Below, piece after piece: positions 42,082 to 55,736 of a DNA stretch of 64,000 bases (position 1 is its first letter; each line of letters opens with the position of its first letter). The stretch is taken from the NCBI RefSeq assembly GCF_009914755.1, contig NC_060926.1; one strand, given 5' to 3'. The stretch comes from the human T2T-CHM13v2.0 reference genome, Homo sapiens. The notes below the pieces were generated by a model that saw only the letters and a program-made list of their open reading frames with translations, searched no databases and had not been told where the DNA came from. A program made the translations under genes and the position numbers.

Positions 42082-42100
42082 TCCCAGGTCTTTGGCACCA
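42082..42100 (-). other. Primer-binding site, tRNA-Phe-like
   Basis: TGGTGCCAAAGACCTGGGA, 2 nt after the 5' LTR. Confidence 0.8.
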
Positions 42101-42102
42101 AA

Positions 42103-42653
42103 TGTCATGCACGTCCGTGTGAGGAGACCACCAAACAGGCTTTGTGTGAGCAATAAAGCTTTTTAATCACCTGGGTGCAGGCGGGCTAAGTCCGAAAAGA
42201 GAGTCAGCAAAAGGTGGTGGGATTATCATTAGTTCTTATAGGTTTGGGATGGGTGGTGGAATTAGGAGCAATGTTTTTCAGGCAGGGTGTGGATCTTACA
42301 AAGTACATTCTTAAGGGCGGGGAGAATATTACAAAGTACATTATCACAAGGGTGGGGGAGGATATTAAAAAGTACCTTGTTAAGGTTGTGGGAATATCAC
42401 AAAGTACATTATCGCAAGGGTCGGGGAGGATATTACAAAGTACCTTCTCAAGGGTGGGGAGAGTGTGTTGTCAAAAAGTCAATTGATCAGTTAGGATGGG
42501 GCAAGAACAAATCACAATGGTGGAATGTCATCAGTTAAGGCAGGAACTGGCTATTTTCACTTCTTTGGATCTTCAGTTGCTTCAGGCCATCTGGATGTAT
42601 ACGTGCAGGTCACAGGGTATATGATGGCTTAGCTTGGGCTCAGAGGCCTGACA
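42103..42653 (-). mobile_element. HERV-H 5' LTR (LTR7 family)
   Basis: 551 bp, homologous to 33695-34212; TATAA box intact at 42236-42240. Confidence 0.95.
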
Positions 42654-43083
42654 GTGTTTATTCAGCCTTAGAAATTCCTCTCAAATGGATGTTTCCTTCT
42701 TCCTGAGCCTACTGCCTCTGCAAGAGTGGGAGGCCTAGCCTTTCCAAACCTGGACTGTTGCATCCTCCTGTTCCTCCACTTGACAGTCTTCCTCTGCAAC
42801 CCACCGTCCATGGCTGGTTTCCTTCCTAAAACACACGCTGACCTTTGCCTGGCTCCCCAGAGCCTAGAGGAGCAATCCCAGTCTCATTTAAGGAGCCCTC
42901 AAGGCTCTGCTTTTTCTGACCTAACTTACCTGTTGCCTTGTCTCCTTTTTCCCCAAAATCTTCCTACCTTCCCTGTACATCTGATGCTTTAGCCCCAAGG
43001 ACCTTCTTGGCCTTCCCCAAACAACACACCATCTCTGCTATTCTCTCTTCCTGGAATCCCCTTCCCTCTTTTTACTGGAAAAC

Positions 43084-43624
43084 TGTAACCATAATAGGTC
43101 CATTGTCTGTTGTGTACAGCAAATCAATACACCAAGATACTGGGATGCAGCAGAGATAAGAGATTTAATCATAGAGTTGCCCAGAAAAGAGATGAGAGGG
43201 AACCTCAAATCCATCTCCCTGAGGAGTTTGGGGCTAGGGTTTTTAAGGGTTTTGGAGTGGGCCAAAGTGTGGAGACCATTGATTGGTCAAATAGTGCAGG
43301 GCGAAGTCATGGGACAGGGAACTGAAGAAACTGTATTCTTATGCTAATTCCATTTCTTTGTGGGAGTCTTCAAACTGGCTGGCATCAGCTATTTTGCTGG
43401 AATTTGGGATCTGAAAAACATCTTAAGCGATCCTTAAAAAAAAGCCTTATGATTCAAACGTCAGAAATCCTCTTTATAGAAACAATGGGTATGCAAGTGG
43501 TCAGGTGTCTTGTGCTAGGAGACTTATAGCAACAAGGAAGTGGGTCAAAGTGCAGCCTAATTAACGCTTAGTTATAACAATATTTCTGTACAGAATTCTT
43601 GTTAACCATGTGAGGATGGCGTCA
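43084..43624 (-). mobile_element. ERV1 (MER4-group) solo LTR, subfamily not assigned
   Basis: TG...CA termini; LTR8-like motifs cctcaaatccatctccctgaggag and gggtttttaaggg; no clear TSD. Confidence 0.65.
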
Positions 43625-43799
43625 ACTCCTTTTCCTCTGTCAACATAGCAAAGGAAATGCCAGAACACTATTGGCTGTCCCAGGCAGGGTAATTCTGCTG
43701 CTGCAGGTCCTTTTCCCTGGCTGGACTGAACCTCTTGAGGGCAGATAGTCACATAGTACCTGGCCCATGGTGGATGCTCAAGGGATGATGAAAGGAGAG

Positions 43800-44075
43800 G
43801 TCACATGTTATATGCTCCCATTTTTGTGAAATTTCCAGAATAAACAAATGTGTAGAGACAGAAAATAGATTAGTGGTTGCCAGGGGATAGGGGGAGGAGG
43901 GAACTGGAAGGTATGAGGTTTCTTTCTGGGGTAATGAAAATAGTCTGGAATTAGATAGTGGCGATGGTTGCCCAATATTGTGAATATACTAAAAACAATG
44001 GAATTGTATACTTTAAAATGGTTACAATGGTGAATTTTGTCGTAGATGAATTTTATCTGAATGTTTTTATTTTAA
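43800..44075 (+). mobile_element. L1M (L1MB-like) 3' end fragment
   Basis: agagacagaaaatagattagtggttgccaggg...gaattgtatactttaaaatgg. Confidence 0.85.
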
Positions 44076-44078
44076 AAA

Positions 44079-44537
44079 TGTTAAATAAAATTTATAGGAG
44101 GCCATTGATTGAGACTGAGCTCCTGCACTAGGCCCCTGTAGGCCAAGCCAAAATGGAATCCCTTGTGCTAAAGTCTCACATCACCAAACTGAAACTAAAT
44201 TGTTTATCTTACCTTGCAAGGAATCAGGAGAAAGAGAGAGATAACAAGCAAATCCCCAAACAAGCCAGTGTTATTCCTCACGATAAGGAAGTCCCCTCTT
44301 CTTTAACCCTGAGGAAAGGAACCTAAAGTAACTTGATGCTAACCAATCCACTTTGTGTTCCCAGTTTCTGATTTTCTCAGCCTTTTCTGCCTGTAAAACC
44401 AACCTCCTCGGCTCAGCTCATCATAGGAATTTTCTAAATTATTGGAGGAGATGTCACCCCGATTCATGAATTGTAAACAAAAGCAAATTCGATCATTTAA
44501 CTAAATTTGTTGTCATTTTGAATTTTGTCTTTTGACA
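44079..44537 (+). mobile_element. ERV1 solo LTR, MER57-like
   Basis: TGTTAAATAAAATTTATAGGAGGCCATTG start; ttttgtcttttgaca end. Confidence 0.65.
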
Positions 44538-45631
44538 GAAATGATGAAAAGATGAAGGAATAATAAAATACTTTTTCTTATTTTCTAATTTGCTTTTATC
44601 CCAGACCCTTTTTGTCATTCTTCAGCTACTCCCCCATGTGGAACTATTATAATCTAAATGAAAGTGTTTACTCAATCACAGACCACATCTGAATTATAAT
44701 CAAATACCAATTAGCAGTCTTGGATTGATGGTGTCTGTTACTTTTGCTGTTTGTCCTTTTCCTGCTGAAGTAGAAACTCTGCAGGGAGAGAAGCTGTCTA
44801 GACCTGGTGGGTGTCATCTCTAATACATCCATCTGTCTACCTTGCTAGAGACCAAACTTGGACTAATCCCTGCAAAAGAAAAACCAGCAAGGAGAAAAGG
44901 CATCATTAGGAATGTAGTTTGTGACAAAAATAGCTCTTCAGAGCTTTTCACACACACACACGGGTTCATTTATTCATCATGAAAACCAGTGCGGGGCAAG
45001 GGGGTACCTTTTGATGGGGAAAAAAAGCTTCTGACCTGCCCTCACTAGTGAGTGGGCTGAGGGGGTGAGCTAGGCTCTTCTGACCTGTTGGTTATTTCTG
45101 CAGGATAAGGAGAGAGAATGTGTTGAGCTTTCTCTGAGTGAGGCTTGTGCCTGTTACTCTCATTATTTCACGAGTAGAGCCCAGTCTGCCTGGAACATTG
45201 GAAAACAACAGGACATACAAGCATTGAAGGCCCCACTGTGGCCACTTCAGGAGAAAATGGCAAAGACAAGTCCTGATTAATGAAGTCACCTATGACAACT
45301 CCACTTCAGACAATTAACTCAAGTTCCCATCTTCAGCTCCCGGAGAACTGAGACACATCATTAACTGTAAATTATAGTGACTCCTCCACCCTGAGGTGTC
45401 CTAAACATTCTTGTGACCAGAGAATTTTCAGCTGATAAACTTAAGATATGATAGAAAAAAATGGAGTTGGGGAACCAGTTACTCTATGAAAACTTTTGTA
45501 AGTAGTTTCCCATGGATTAATAAGAAAATCTCCGCTCATATTACACAAAGATAATTTCAACCCCATTATAGACACATGATGTTATTATTTGTGGTAAGCC
45601 AACATTTTCATGGCACATGCGATGTTGCCAG

Positions 45632-46118
45632 TGACAGAGCAGGAGCATTGCCATCTTGGACAAGCACTGCCATTTTAAAGTTCCCCTTGATCAAAAACTG
45701 CCTAAATCAAACCCAAAGGGCATCAGCCTAATGGCTAATGTCAGTATGACCATAAACCACAACTGACATCTCTGACCAGAAACATTCCAACCCTAAGATA
45801 AACCCCTCCCCGACCAAGGACATGCCAGCGCCAAGATAACCTCCCCTTTGACCGGAGAAATGTCAGCCCCAAGACAATCTCCTCTCCAACCAGAGACATT
45901 CCAACCCCACAATAAGCTTCTCCTCCACACAGAAACATTCCAAGCCTGTGATAAGCTCCCTCTCCCTGAACCCTTAAATATTCTTAGTCTGTCAGAGAGA
46001 GTGCTCCTGACCAAAATCAGCCAGAAGCCCCTCTCAGGTTTATTCTCCGAAATAAACCTATCTTTGACTGTTGAGCTGCTTTTTTTGTATTTCTTGTCTT
46101 CTTTCTTTAATTCTTACA
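45632..46118 (+). mobile_element. LTR19-like ERV1 solo LTR
   Basis: TGACAGAGCAGGAGCATTGCCATCTTGGACAAG start, internal acattccaa repeats, AATAAA, ends ttcttaca; TSD GCCAG/GCAAG. Confidence 0.75.
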
Positions 46119-48289
46119 GCAAGCACTATTTTAAGTGCTGTTGGTAAACTAACCCATTTAGTCTACACAGCAACCCTGTAAGTAGATTACTGTTATCCCT
46201 TTTTACATATGAGGAAATCGAGGCACAGGTAATTTGCCCAAGGTTACACAACTAGCAAATGGCAGAGCTGGAATTTGAACTCAGGCCACCTGGGTCCAGA
46301 GTCCATTCAACAAACAGAGCTCACAGGGTTGTGTGGTTAGTGAGATGGGCAATCCATGCAAGCATGCAATTTGGGCCAAAAGGCTCCCAGTGCAGGACAC
46401 AGCACACAGAAGTAAATCTGTGTTTAGTAGGATTTCACAGAAGAGTTATTTGTGATTGTGAAAAGCTTTCTGTTGTGCAGTTTTTGTTTTTTTTTTCCCC
46501 CAGAGAGGAAACAGATTACATGGACTATTTTCATATGTTTGTGAACTGGCCATTTGGGCCAGATTAAGGGGTCAGGCATTGGTGGGGAAGGGAGTGGAAG
46601 AGGTGGGGTCAGCCTCATTATCCAGCCCTTCCATCCTACAGAGCACTCCCCAAGGCTGCATTCTTCATTTGAATGCATTTCAAAGTGCAGCCTGATTAAT
46701 GCTTAATTATAACAATATTTCTGTCCAGAATTCTTGTTAACCCTGTGAGGATGGCTTCAACTACTCTTCCTTTGTCAACATAGCGAAGGAAATGCCAGAA
46801 CACCATTGGCTCTCCCAGGCAGAGTGTTTCTGCTGCTGCAGGTCCTATTCCCTGGCTGGACTGAACCCCTGGAGGCCGACACTCACACAGTGCTCAGCAC
46901 ATTCTTCAAATGAAGCATTCTTCATCCGCCTCCTGTGCCTTCCCCTGGCACACTGGATTCCTTTCACATTCAAAAAGACCTCACATCACCTCCCTGTTCT
47001 CTAGAGAGAAGTGCCCTGTTTCTTAAGCAAAGTGCTAAACAGAGATAGTTAAATAAATTTTCAAGTAAGTAAGAGAGGGCTTCGGTAGTTCCCTAATGTA
47101 GGGGCAAGCCCAAATTATTTTAAAATTGCATTGGAGAGACTCAGCAAATTCTGAGTATAAGTTGGATGCCTGCTGACTTGGGCCCAGACAAAAGACCTAG
47201 CACCCACCTTCTCCCTGCCCCACCCCACTCCCACCTCCTGGCTTCCTGAGAAGCTCAGCAGCTGTGCTAGTTCATCCAGGCCCAGGAACTGAGTGGAGAT
47301 GGGGGCTGGGGTCCCTGGGATGGGTCATTCCCAACTGCAGAGGACAGAAGCCTTCTGGAATAAAAGCCTTCTGCCAGGCATACCCCTTTGGTCAATCCAT
47401 CACCAAGTCTATAATCAACACTAAAGTGGTCCTAATTGTGTGGGCTCAGGGAGTGCTGGGAAGGAAGACCTGGTGTGGGCACAGTGATCATGGAGGGAGG
47501 TCTTAGAAAGAGGGCTTGGATTCAAGTGTGAGAGAAATGGCAGCTCCCCATGAGGGAAGGGGCATGTTTTCTCTTTCTTACCAGCTGTATTCTCCTGATC
47601 CAAAATCATTATTCATCATCAAAATAAAATTCCAGAGGGCCAGCTTGTTCTGGCATGGCAAGGACAGTCAGATGACCTGAGGGGGCATAATGAGGGGAAG
47701 GATCATACAGTTAGTGGGGCTGAGACACTGGTGGCATTGGGACAGATGAGTGGAGATCACGCCTATGCCAAGGAACTCATCTTCCCCTCGTGCTGCAGCC
47801 TTCAAAAGTATCTCAGCACAAGAAGAGGGAGGGAGAAAGAAAAGCTACACTTTCCAGAGTCCTGGAGTGGACATTGGCTATTTCTTCCCACCCAGACTCC
47901 ATTGCCCTTGAGGAACACCTCCTCCCCTTTCTCAGCCCCTCTGGTTTGGATGAGGCAGATCCTGTGATGCTCACCCCCAACCCTTGCCACAGGGTCAGAC
48001 CAGGACCCACCCTGGCCAGTTAGAGCATTTTACCTGCCTGGCCTCAGGGACTGGCTCAGGCAAATGAGACTCAAATTAGGGGCTTTTGATGAATCCACTG
48101 GGAAAAGTGAAGCTTTCCTTCAGTGGGGATCACTAGCTCTAGGGATAATGTCTGATGGAAGGTCCAGAAGCCAGCACGTGGCCAAGCCTGCCGAGGGAGC
48201 AGCATTGAAGGATGGAGGGAGAGAGACCAAGTCCTGATGAGATCCTTCAAGTGCCTAGATTTGGAGGGCATGGAAGCCCACAAATTCAT

Positions 48290-49510
48290 TTTTTTTTAAA
48301 TTAACCATCTTAAAGTGAACAAATCTGTGATACCTAGTACATTCACAATGTTGTACAAACACCACCTCTAGCTCCAAAACACTTTCATCACCCCCGAATA
48401 AAACCCTGTGCTCATTTAGCGGTTACTCCCTATTCTGCCTCCCCCCAGCCCTGGCAACCACCAGCCTACTTTCTACTTCTACGAGTTTACCTGTTCTGGA
48501 TATTTCACATAAACGGAATCATACAACATGTGATCTTTTGTGACTGGCTTCTTTCACTTAGCATAATGTTTTAGAGGTTCATCCACCTTATAGCATGGGT
48601 CAGTACTTCATTTGCTTGTATGGTGTATTAGTCCATTCTCGGGTTGCTATAAAGAAATAGCCAAGACTGGGTAATTTATAAAGAAAAGAGGTTTAAGTGG
48701 CTCACGGTTCCACAGGCTGTACAGAAAACATGATGCTGGCATCTGCTTGGCTTCTGGGGAGGCCTCAGGAAACTTACAGTCATGGCAGAAGGTGAAGGGG
48801 GAGCCAACACTTCATGTGGCCAAGCGGGAGCCAGAGAGAGTGAGGGGGAGGTGCTATATACTTTTAAACAACCAGATTTCATGAGAACTCACTCACTACT
48901 GTGAGGACAGTACCAAGCAGATGGTACTAAATCATTCATGAGAAATCCACCCTCATGACTCAATCACCTCCCACCAGGCTCCACCTCCAATATTGGGGAT
49001 TACAGTTTGACATGAGATTTGGCAAGGACACAGATCCAAACCGTATCATATGGCTTAATATTATTCCTTTGTGTGGACATACCACATTATTTACTTATTT
49101 AGACACAGGGTCTCACTCTCACCCAGACTGGAGCGCAGTGGGGTGATCATAGCTTGCCTAATTTAAAAAAACTTTTCTTTGTAGAGACAAGGGTCTTGCT
49201 ATGTTGCCCAGGCTGGTCTTGAACTCCTGGCCTCAAGCAGTCCTCCTGCTTTGGGCTCCCAAACTGCTGGGATTACAAGAATAAGCCACTACACCTCGCC
49301 AACATACCACATTTTGTTTATTCATTCATCTGTTGATGGACGTTTATGTTGTTTCCACCTCTGGGCTATTGTGAACAGCACTGCTATTAGAATTCATATA
49401 CGAGTATTTGTCTGAACACCTGTTTTCACTTTTGGGGGGTATATATCTAGGAATGGAATTTCTGGATCACGTGGTAATTCTGTGTTTAACTTTTTGAAGA
49501 ACTGCCAGAC
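48290..49510 (-). mobile_element. L1M 3' end (antisense), interrupted by an MST LTR and an Alu remnant
   Basis: ccctggcaaccacc...tgactggcttctttcacttagcataatg...tttttgaagaactgccagact. Confidence 0.85.
48624..49048 (-). mobile_element. MSTA/MSTB MaLR solo LTR
   Basis: tgtattagtcc...aaaccgtatca; perfect 5-bp TSD TATGG. Confidence 0.92.
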
Positions 49511-49946
49511 TCTCACAGCATCTGAGCACAAATTCCTTTTTTATTGTCCCATTTGACTGAACAAGATCTCGTACATGCCAAGACTGAAACCTTTACTGTC
49601 CCAGGGCCTCCAGCAGAATGTCCCTCACTAGTTTGGAATTGTTCCTGGGCTGGTGACTGTGATGGTGCAATCCATAGCCCAGGAATGACCACAGCTAAGA
49701 AGCCTTGCCCCAAAACAGCCCCTTTGCAGCTGCTGGGGGAGGCCTGTCTGGCCAGTGACTGTCAGTCATTCTGTCTGTGCCTTCTGCCTGGATGGCCTCC
49801 CACAGAGCAGTGCTGAGAGGTCACTGGCTGGTTTGGGCTGAATTTCGGGTAGGGGCAAGGCTGTGGGATGGTCTGTCTCTCCATAGATCCAGGCCTTTGG
49901 ATGGCCTTTTCCACCCGTCAGCAGGTATGGGAATGCCAAGTATAGG

Positions 49947-50296
49947 TGCTATGCTCTGAATGTTTGTGTCCCTCAAAATTCATGTGTTGATATCCTAACC
50001 CCCAAGTTGATAGTATTAGGAGGTGGGGTCTTTGGGAGGTCATTAAGTCACGAGGGTGGAGACCTCCTGAATGGGACTAGTGCCCTTATAAAAGAGGCCC
50101 CAGAGAGTGACCTTGCCTCTTCCACCATGTGAGAAGGTGCCACCTATGACAATGGGATCCCTCACCAGCTACCAAATCTGCCAGTGCCTTGATCTTGGAC
50201 TTCCCAGCCTCCATGATGGTAAGAAGTAAATTTCGGTTGTGTATAAGCTGCCCAGTTTATGGTATTTTGTTATGGCAGTCTGAATAGACTAAGACG
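49947..50296 (+). mobile_element. MLT1A-like MaLR solo LTR
   Basis: tgctatgctctgaatgtttgtgtccc...tggtattttgttatggcagtctgaatagactaagac. Confidence 0.88.
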
Positions 50297-53084
50297 GTCG
50301 GGGGATAACCACGGAAAGAGAACCAAGGCCAGGACACTTGTACTTCACCTACCACCTATCCAGTATATGGCATTGAGGAAGTCACTTTCTGTCTCTGGGT
50401 TTCAGTTTCTCAAGTGACAAATGAGAGGGACCTATTAAATGATGACATTGACAGTCTCTGGTCCTGGGTGCATCTCACTCCATCCTGCTCTCCAGCTTTC
50501 CCCATCTCTCTGAATCTTCATAAAAGTCTAGGATTTTGCAGCTGGCAGGGGCCATGGAGATAATCCGGACCACCTGCCCTGGTGTCTCTTCTCATCTCTC
50601 AGAGCTCGCATGCTGGCCGCTGTGTGCCAGGCAGCTCCTGGAGGGCATTCATGATCAGCACCAGCATCTTCCTGTGGCTGTCCCAGCAGATAAAGCAGTT
50701 ATTACTGATGGAGGGACAATGAGGTGTGCTCGCCACAACTGGCCTTAATGATGTTGGACTCCGCAGGATTGCCTTGGCTAGGCAGCTTCCTGTTTAAATG
50801 CAGGGCCTGGAGACACCAATTTCGTCTACACCAACAGCAGCATTGTAAGTGCCCTCAATGCCTGTTGCAGCAGCTGTGGAGTGCTGAGCAACATTTGGGG
50901 TGCATTTTCTGTGTCTTTCTTGTACACACACACACACACACACACACACAGAGCTATCATGAGGCTTGCCCTCTACTACATACACCTAAGAGTGCCCCTC
51001 TGTAATATTTCATCATTTTAATCAAATGTTCACTCTTTCACAACATGTATAAGTGTACTTGGTATACCAAAAAATGCTATCACAGAGTAAGGTGCTTTGT
51101 TATTATTGCTATTATAATTGCCCAATCCTTATAAATCCAAAAGATACAAATGACAACCTCCTAATTGCAATTTCAAGAGGAGTCTCAGTACCAAAACTTT
51201 GATGTTCATTCACATGGGAAATCTAATGCTCTTGGACTGGTATTTTAAATACAACATGATAGAGGCCAACACTTGGGCCCTTTCTGTGGGAGTGGGGCAG
51301 GCTGTGGTTTGAAGAACATCCTGTTCATGTCATGGACCCCTGCTTTTTGAAGGGCCACTCAATTGCCTTATTGAAAGATGGGTGCTGTATGATCCCTGGG
51401 GCTCCATGCCCCATCCCTAGGTGTCCTCTCAAGGAGCCGAGATTACCATGGCTATTGGTGGGCTGAGGGGCCTTGATGACAGGCAGCACCAAGGGGGCCT
51501 GGGTAATGAAGGGCAGTGAGGGGGTCAAGGACCTGTGTGGAGAAGACTTGGGCAGTGGCGTTCCTGCTTTTTAAGTGCTGCTGATGTTGGCAAGGGGAGG
51601 AAGGCAACGGATGAGGATGGGATAGGGGCAGGATGCGATGAAACGACCCCTAAGTAGTTCCTACCCCGAGATCCAGGGTCTGTGAGTAAAGCTCTGCAGC
51701 CCCTGAGGATTTGGGCCATATGGTTTCATCCTGCCCTGGGAGGCACCCTTAGGCCCTCATCTCTCAAGCCATCTGCATCTCCCCAGCCAGGAAAGGGTAT
51801 GTGGTCTTCTCTGTAGAAGGTGGCACAAAGCAGGCACACAGTGCCACAAAAAGGCCTCGCTCTTGATTGACTCATCAATGCTGTGTGACATGTGAGGAGT
51901 GAGGATGTGTGCAGGAGACCCCTGCTCCCAGCACTGTGCTTACCCCACTGGCCCCCAGGCATTCTGCCAGCTGGGCAGAGCAGGACAGAGGCACAGAGAA
52001 GGTGAGGCGCTGTGTGTGTGGCTGTGTGCATTTGGGGACATCCATCCATCAATCCAGTCAGACCAGGGCAGGCTCTTCCTTGGGCCCCTTCTGTTCTGTC
52101 CCTTAGGCCAGGAATATGGAATGGCCAGGAATATAGACTGGCCAGGGCCACCGGAATCTGTGCTAACGGGAAAGGGCTAACAGAGCCTGACAGTGAGCCA
52201 GGGGTCTGCACAATGGAGAACTCTCCACTGGTACTGACCAGGAACCTGTGTTGCCCTTTGACCTAGGCAAAATAGACAGCTGCCTGTGTGGTAGATAGTG
52301 AAAATCAGAAAAGACTCCAGTGCCCCCTCAATGTAGTTCTCCTTTGTGCCTGATATCCCCTCATCAGCAGTTCTCACCTTTGAGTTTTAATGGATTCAAA
52401 TGGATATGTTTCTGGAGAGGGGGAGGGTATCACACGTGAAGACCCTTCTCTTCAGCACTGTATTTCTCCCATGATAGAAGGGCCCTTAGCCCCCACCCCT
52501 GCTGCCCCCAAGGCCTAGAGCGTGGTAGGGGCAGGGTGCCTCAGTGGGACAGATGTGTAGAAGTCCAACCTTCTTGACTTCCTTGCTTTGCTGTGAGCAT
52601 CACAGCAGTGCGCGAAGGAGGGGGCAGGCAGGGGAAAGGGGTAGGCTTGTGTGAATGGCTGCTGTGAATTTTAATTCAATTCAGTCTGGCTGGCTTACTG
52701 AATCAATGTTGGGAAAACATAGCGCTCTCCTGGGAGGAGAGGTGTTTGGTATAAATAGAAGGTATTATCATTAAGAGGCAATTAGGGGACGTCATGTCGC
52801 TCAATACAGCGCAAGGCAGCAGCCAGAGCCCCAGCCGTGGGCTGCAGAGCTACAAGGAACTGCTTTCATTTACTTGTCCCTGGAGAAAAAGACTTTCCTC
52901 CATTCCAGGGCTCTCTCTGGTCCCTTAGCCCCTTCTCTGCTGGATAAATTGAGCCACCTTATTCTCAGGGGTTGCTCGATGGGGTCGTAACCACACCAGT
53001 GAACTAACCATAGAAAGGGGTTACCATTCTCCACTCAAACTCTGAGCAAGAGCATTGCCTTCCCTCACATACCACCTTACTCTT

Positions 53085-53970
<886 letters not shown>

Positions 53971-54279
53971 AGTTCCTTCTTGCTCTTTTTAAAAAAACTA
54001 TTATTTTTTTTTTCCAGGACACAGAGATGCCAGAGAAATGGGGTCAGTTCTTCCTCCTCCTCGTTCTTAACAACACTTATTAAATAACTACTACTATTAA
54101 CTGGGGACCTGCTGGGCAATCATTTAGCAAGTATCTCTTTAGCCCTTTTTATGTTCCAGGCACTGTTCTGGAAGCTGGGGGACAGCAGAATGGTGAATGG
54201 TGAGTCAGCGATGTTGCTTCACCACTATGAGGACTTTGGCTTTTACCCTGAATAGGATGCAAATAACTTGGAGGTTTGT

Positions 54280-55080
54280 TTTTTCTGTACAGGTTTATTG
54301 AGATATAATTGACAAAACTCAATAAACTACACACAAAGTGTACAATTTCATGAGTTTTGGTGTGTGTGTATATACCCACGAAACCATCACCACCATCAAG
54401 ATAATGAACATCTTCCCCCAAAAGCTTCATTGTTGTGCTTGGCGATTCCTCCCTCCTGCCTGTCTGTCCCTACCCACCTATCTTGAGTCAACCATTGAGC
54501 AAACTACAGATTAGTTGCATTTTCTAGAATGGAATAGTATGTGGTCTTTTTTAGTGTCGCTTTTAAAATTTGGCATAATTGTTTTGAGGTTTATCCATAT
54601 TGTTGCTTATATTAGTAGTTCATTTCTTTTTATTGTTGACTAGTAGTTCATTCTATGGATGTGCCGCAATTTGTCTATCCATTCCCCAGTTGATGGACAT
54701 TAGGGTTCTTCCATGTGGGATCTTATGGCAGATGTATGTTTAACTTTATAAGAAACTATCAAACTGTTTTCCTAAGTGATTGTATTATTTTATACTCCCA
54801 CCAGCAGTATATAAAAGTACTATCGATTGCAGTTTTTTTCCAACACTTGGAATGGCCCATCTTTTAAATTGTAACCATTCTAATAGGTATGTAATGATAT
54901 CTCATCATGATTTAAATTTGCATTTCTCAGTGACTGGTGATGTTGAGCATCTTCTCATATGTTTGTTTGCCATCTGTTTATCTTCTTTAAAGAAGTGTCT
55001 GTCTAAATCTTCTGCTCTTTTTTTTTTAAGTTGGGTTTCATGTTTTCTTATTATCGAATTCAGAGAGTTCTTTATTAAGA
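54280..55080 (-). mobile_element. L1M fragment (antisense)
   Basis: tttattgagatataattgac...gatgttgagcatcttctcatatg...aagtgtctgtctaaatctt. Confidence 0.82.
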
Positions 55081-55203
55081 GTCCTCTCAACAATGTTTTG
55101 TAGTTTCCAGCATGCATCTCTATAGGATATCTGTGCTCCCACATACCCTGGTGTGGAATCACCGCCTCCTGGGTGGGCTCAAGGCATATTGCTATGGTTA
55201 CCC

Positions 55204-55501
<298 letters not shown>

Positions 55502-55736
55502 TAGTTACCCAATTGACTGATACAGCAAGAATTTTCTCCTGGGGCCACTTGCTGGGATCATGGAGATCCTTATTAATACATGGTATCAGCAGCTGCCTAT
55601 TCTCCCTGCCAGGGAGTACCCTGTGGCCACCACAGGGAATGATGAGCCTTTCTGGCTGCCATCCTACAGACCTGCAAGAGCAGCCCAAGTGCCTTGGAGC
55701 TTTATGGCATCCAATTCCAAGTAGCAAGGTTAACCC

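Larger units (their letters stand above)
33695..42653 (-). mobile_element. Near-full-length HERV-H provirus (~8.96 kb)
   Basis: Two LTR7-family LTRs, PBS, polypurine tract AAGAAGACAGGAA, gag/pro/pol/env remnants, imperfect 5-bp TSD CTGTT/GTGTT. Confidence 0.96.
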
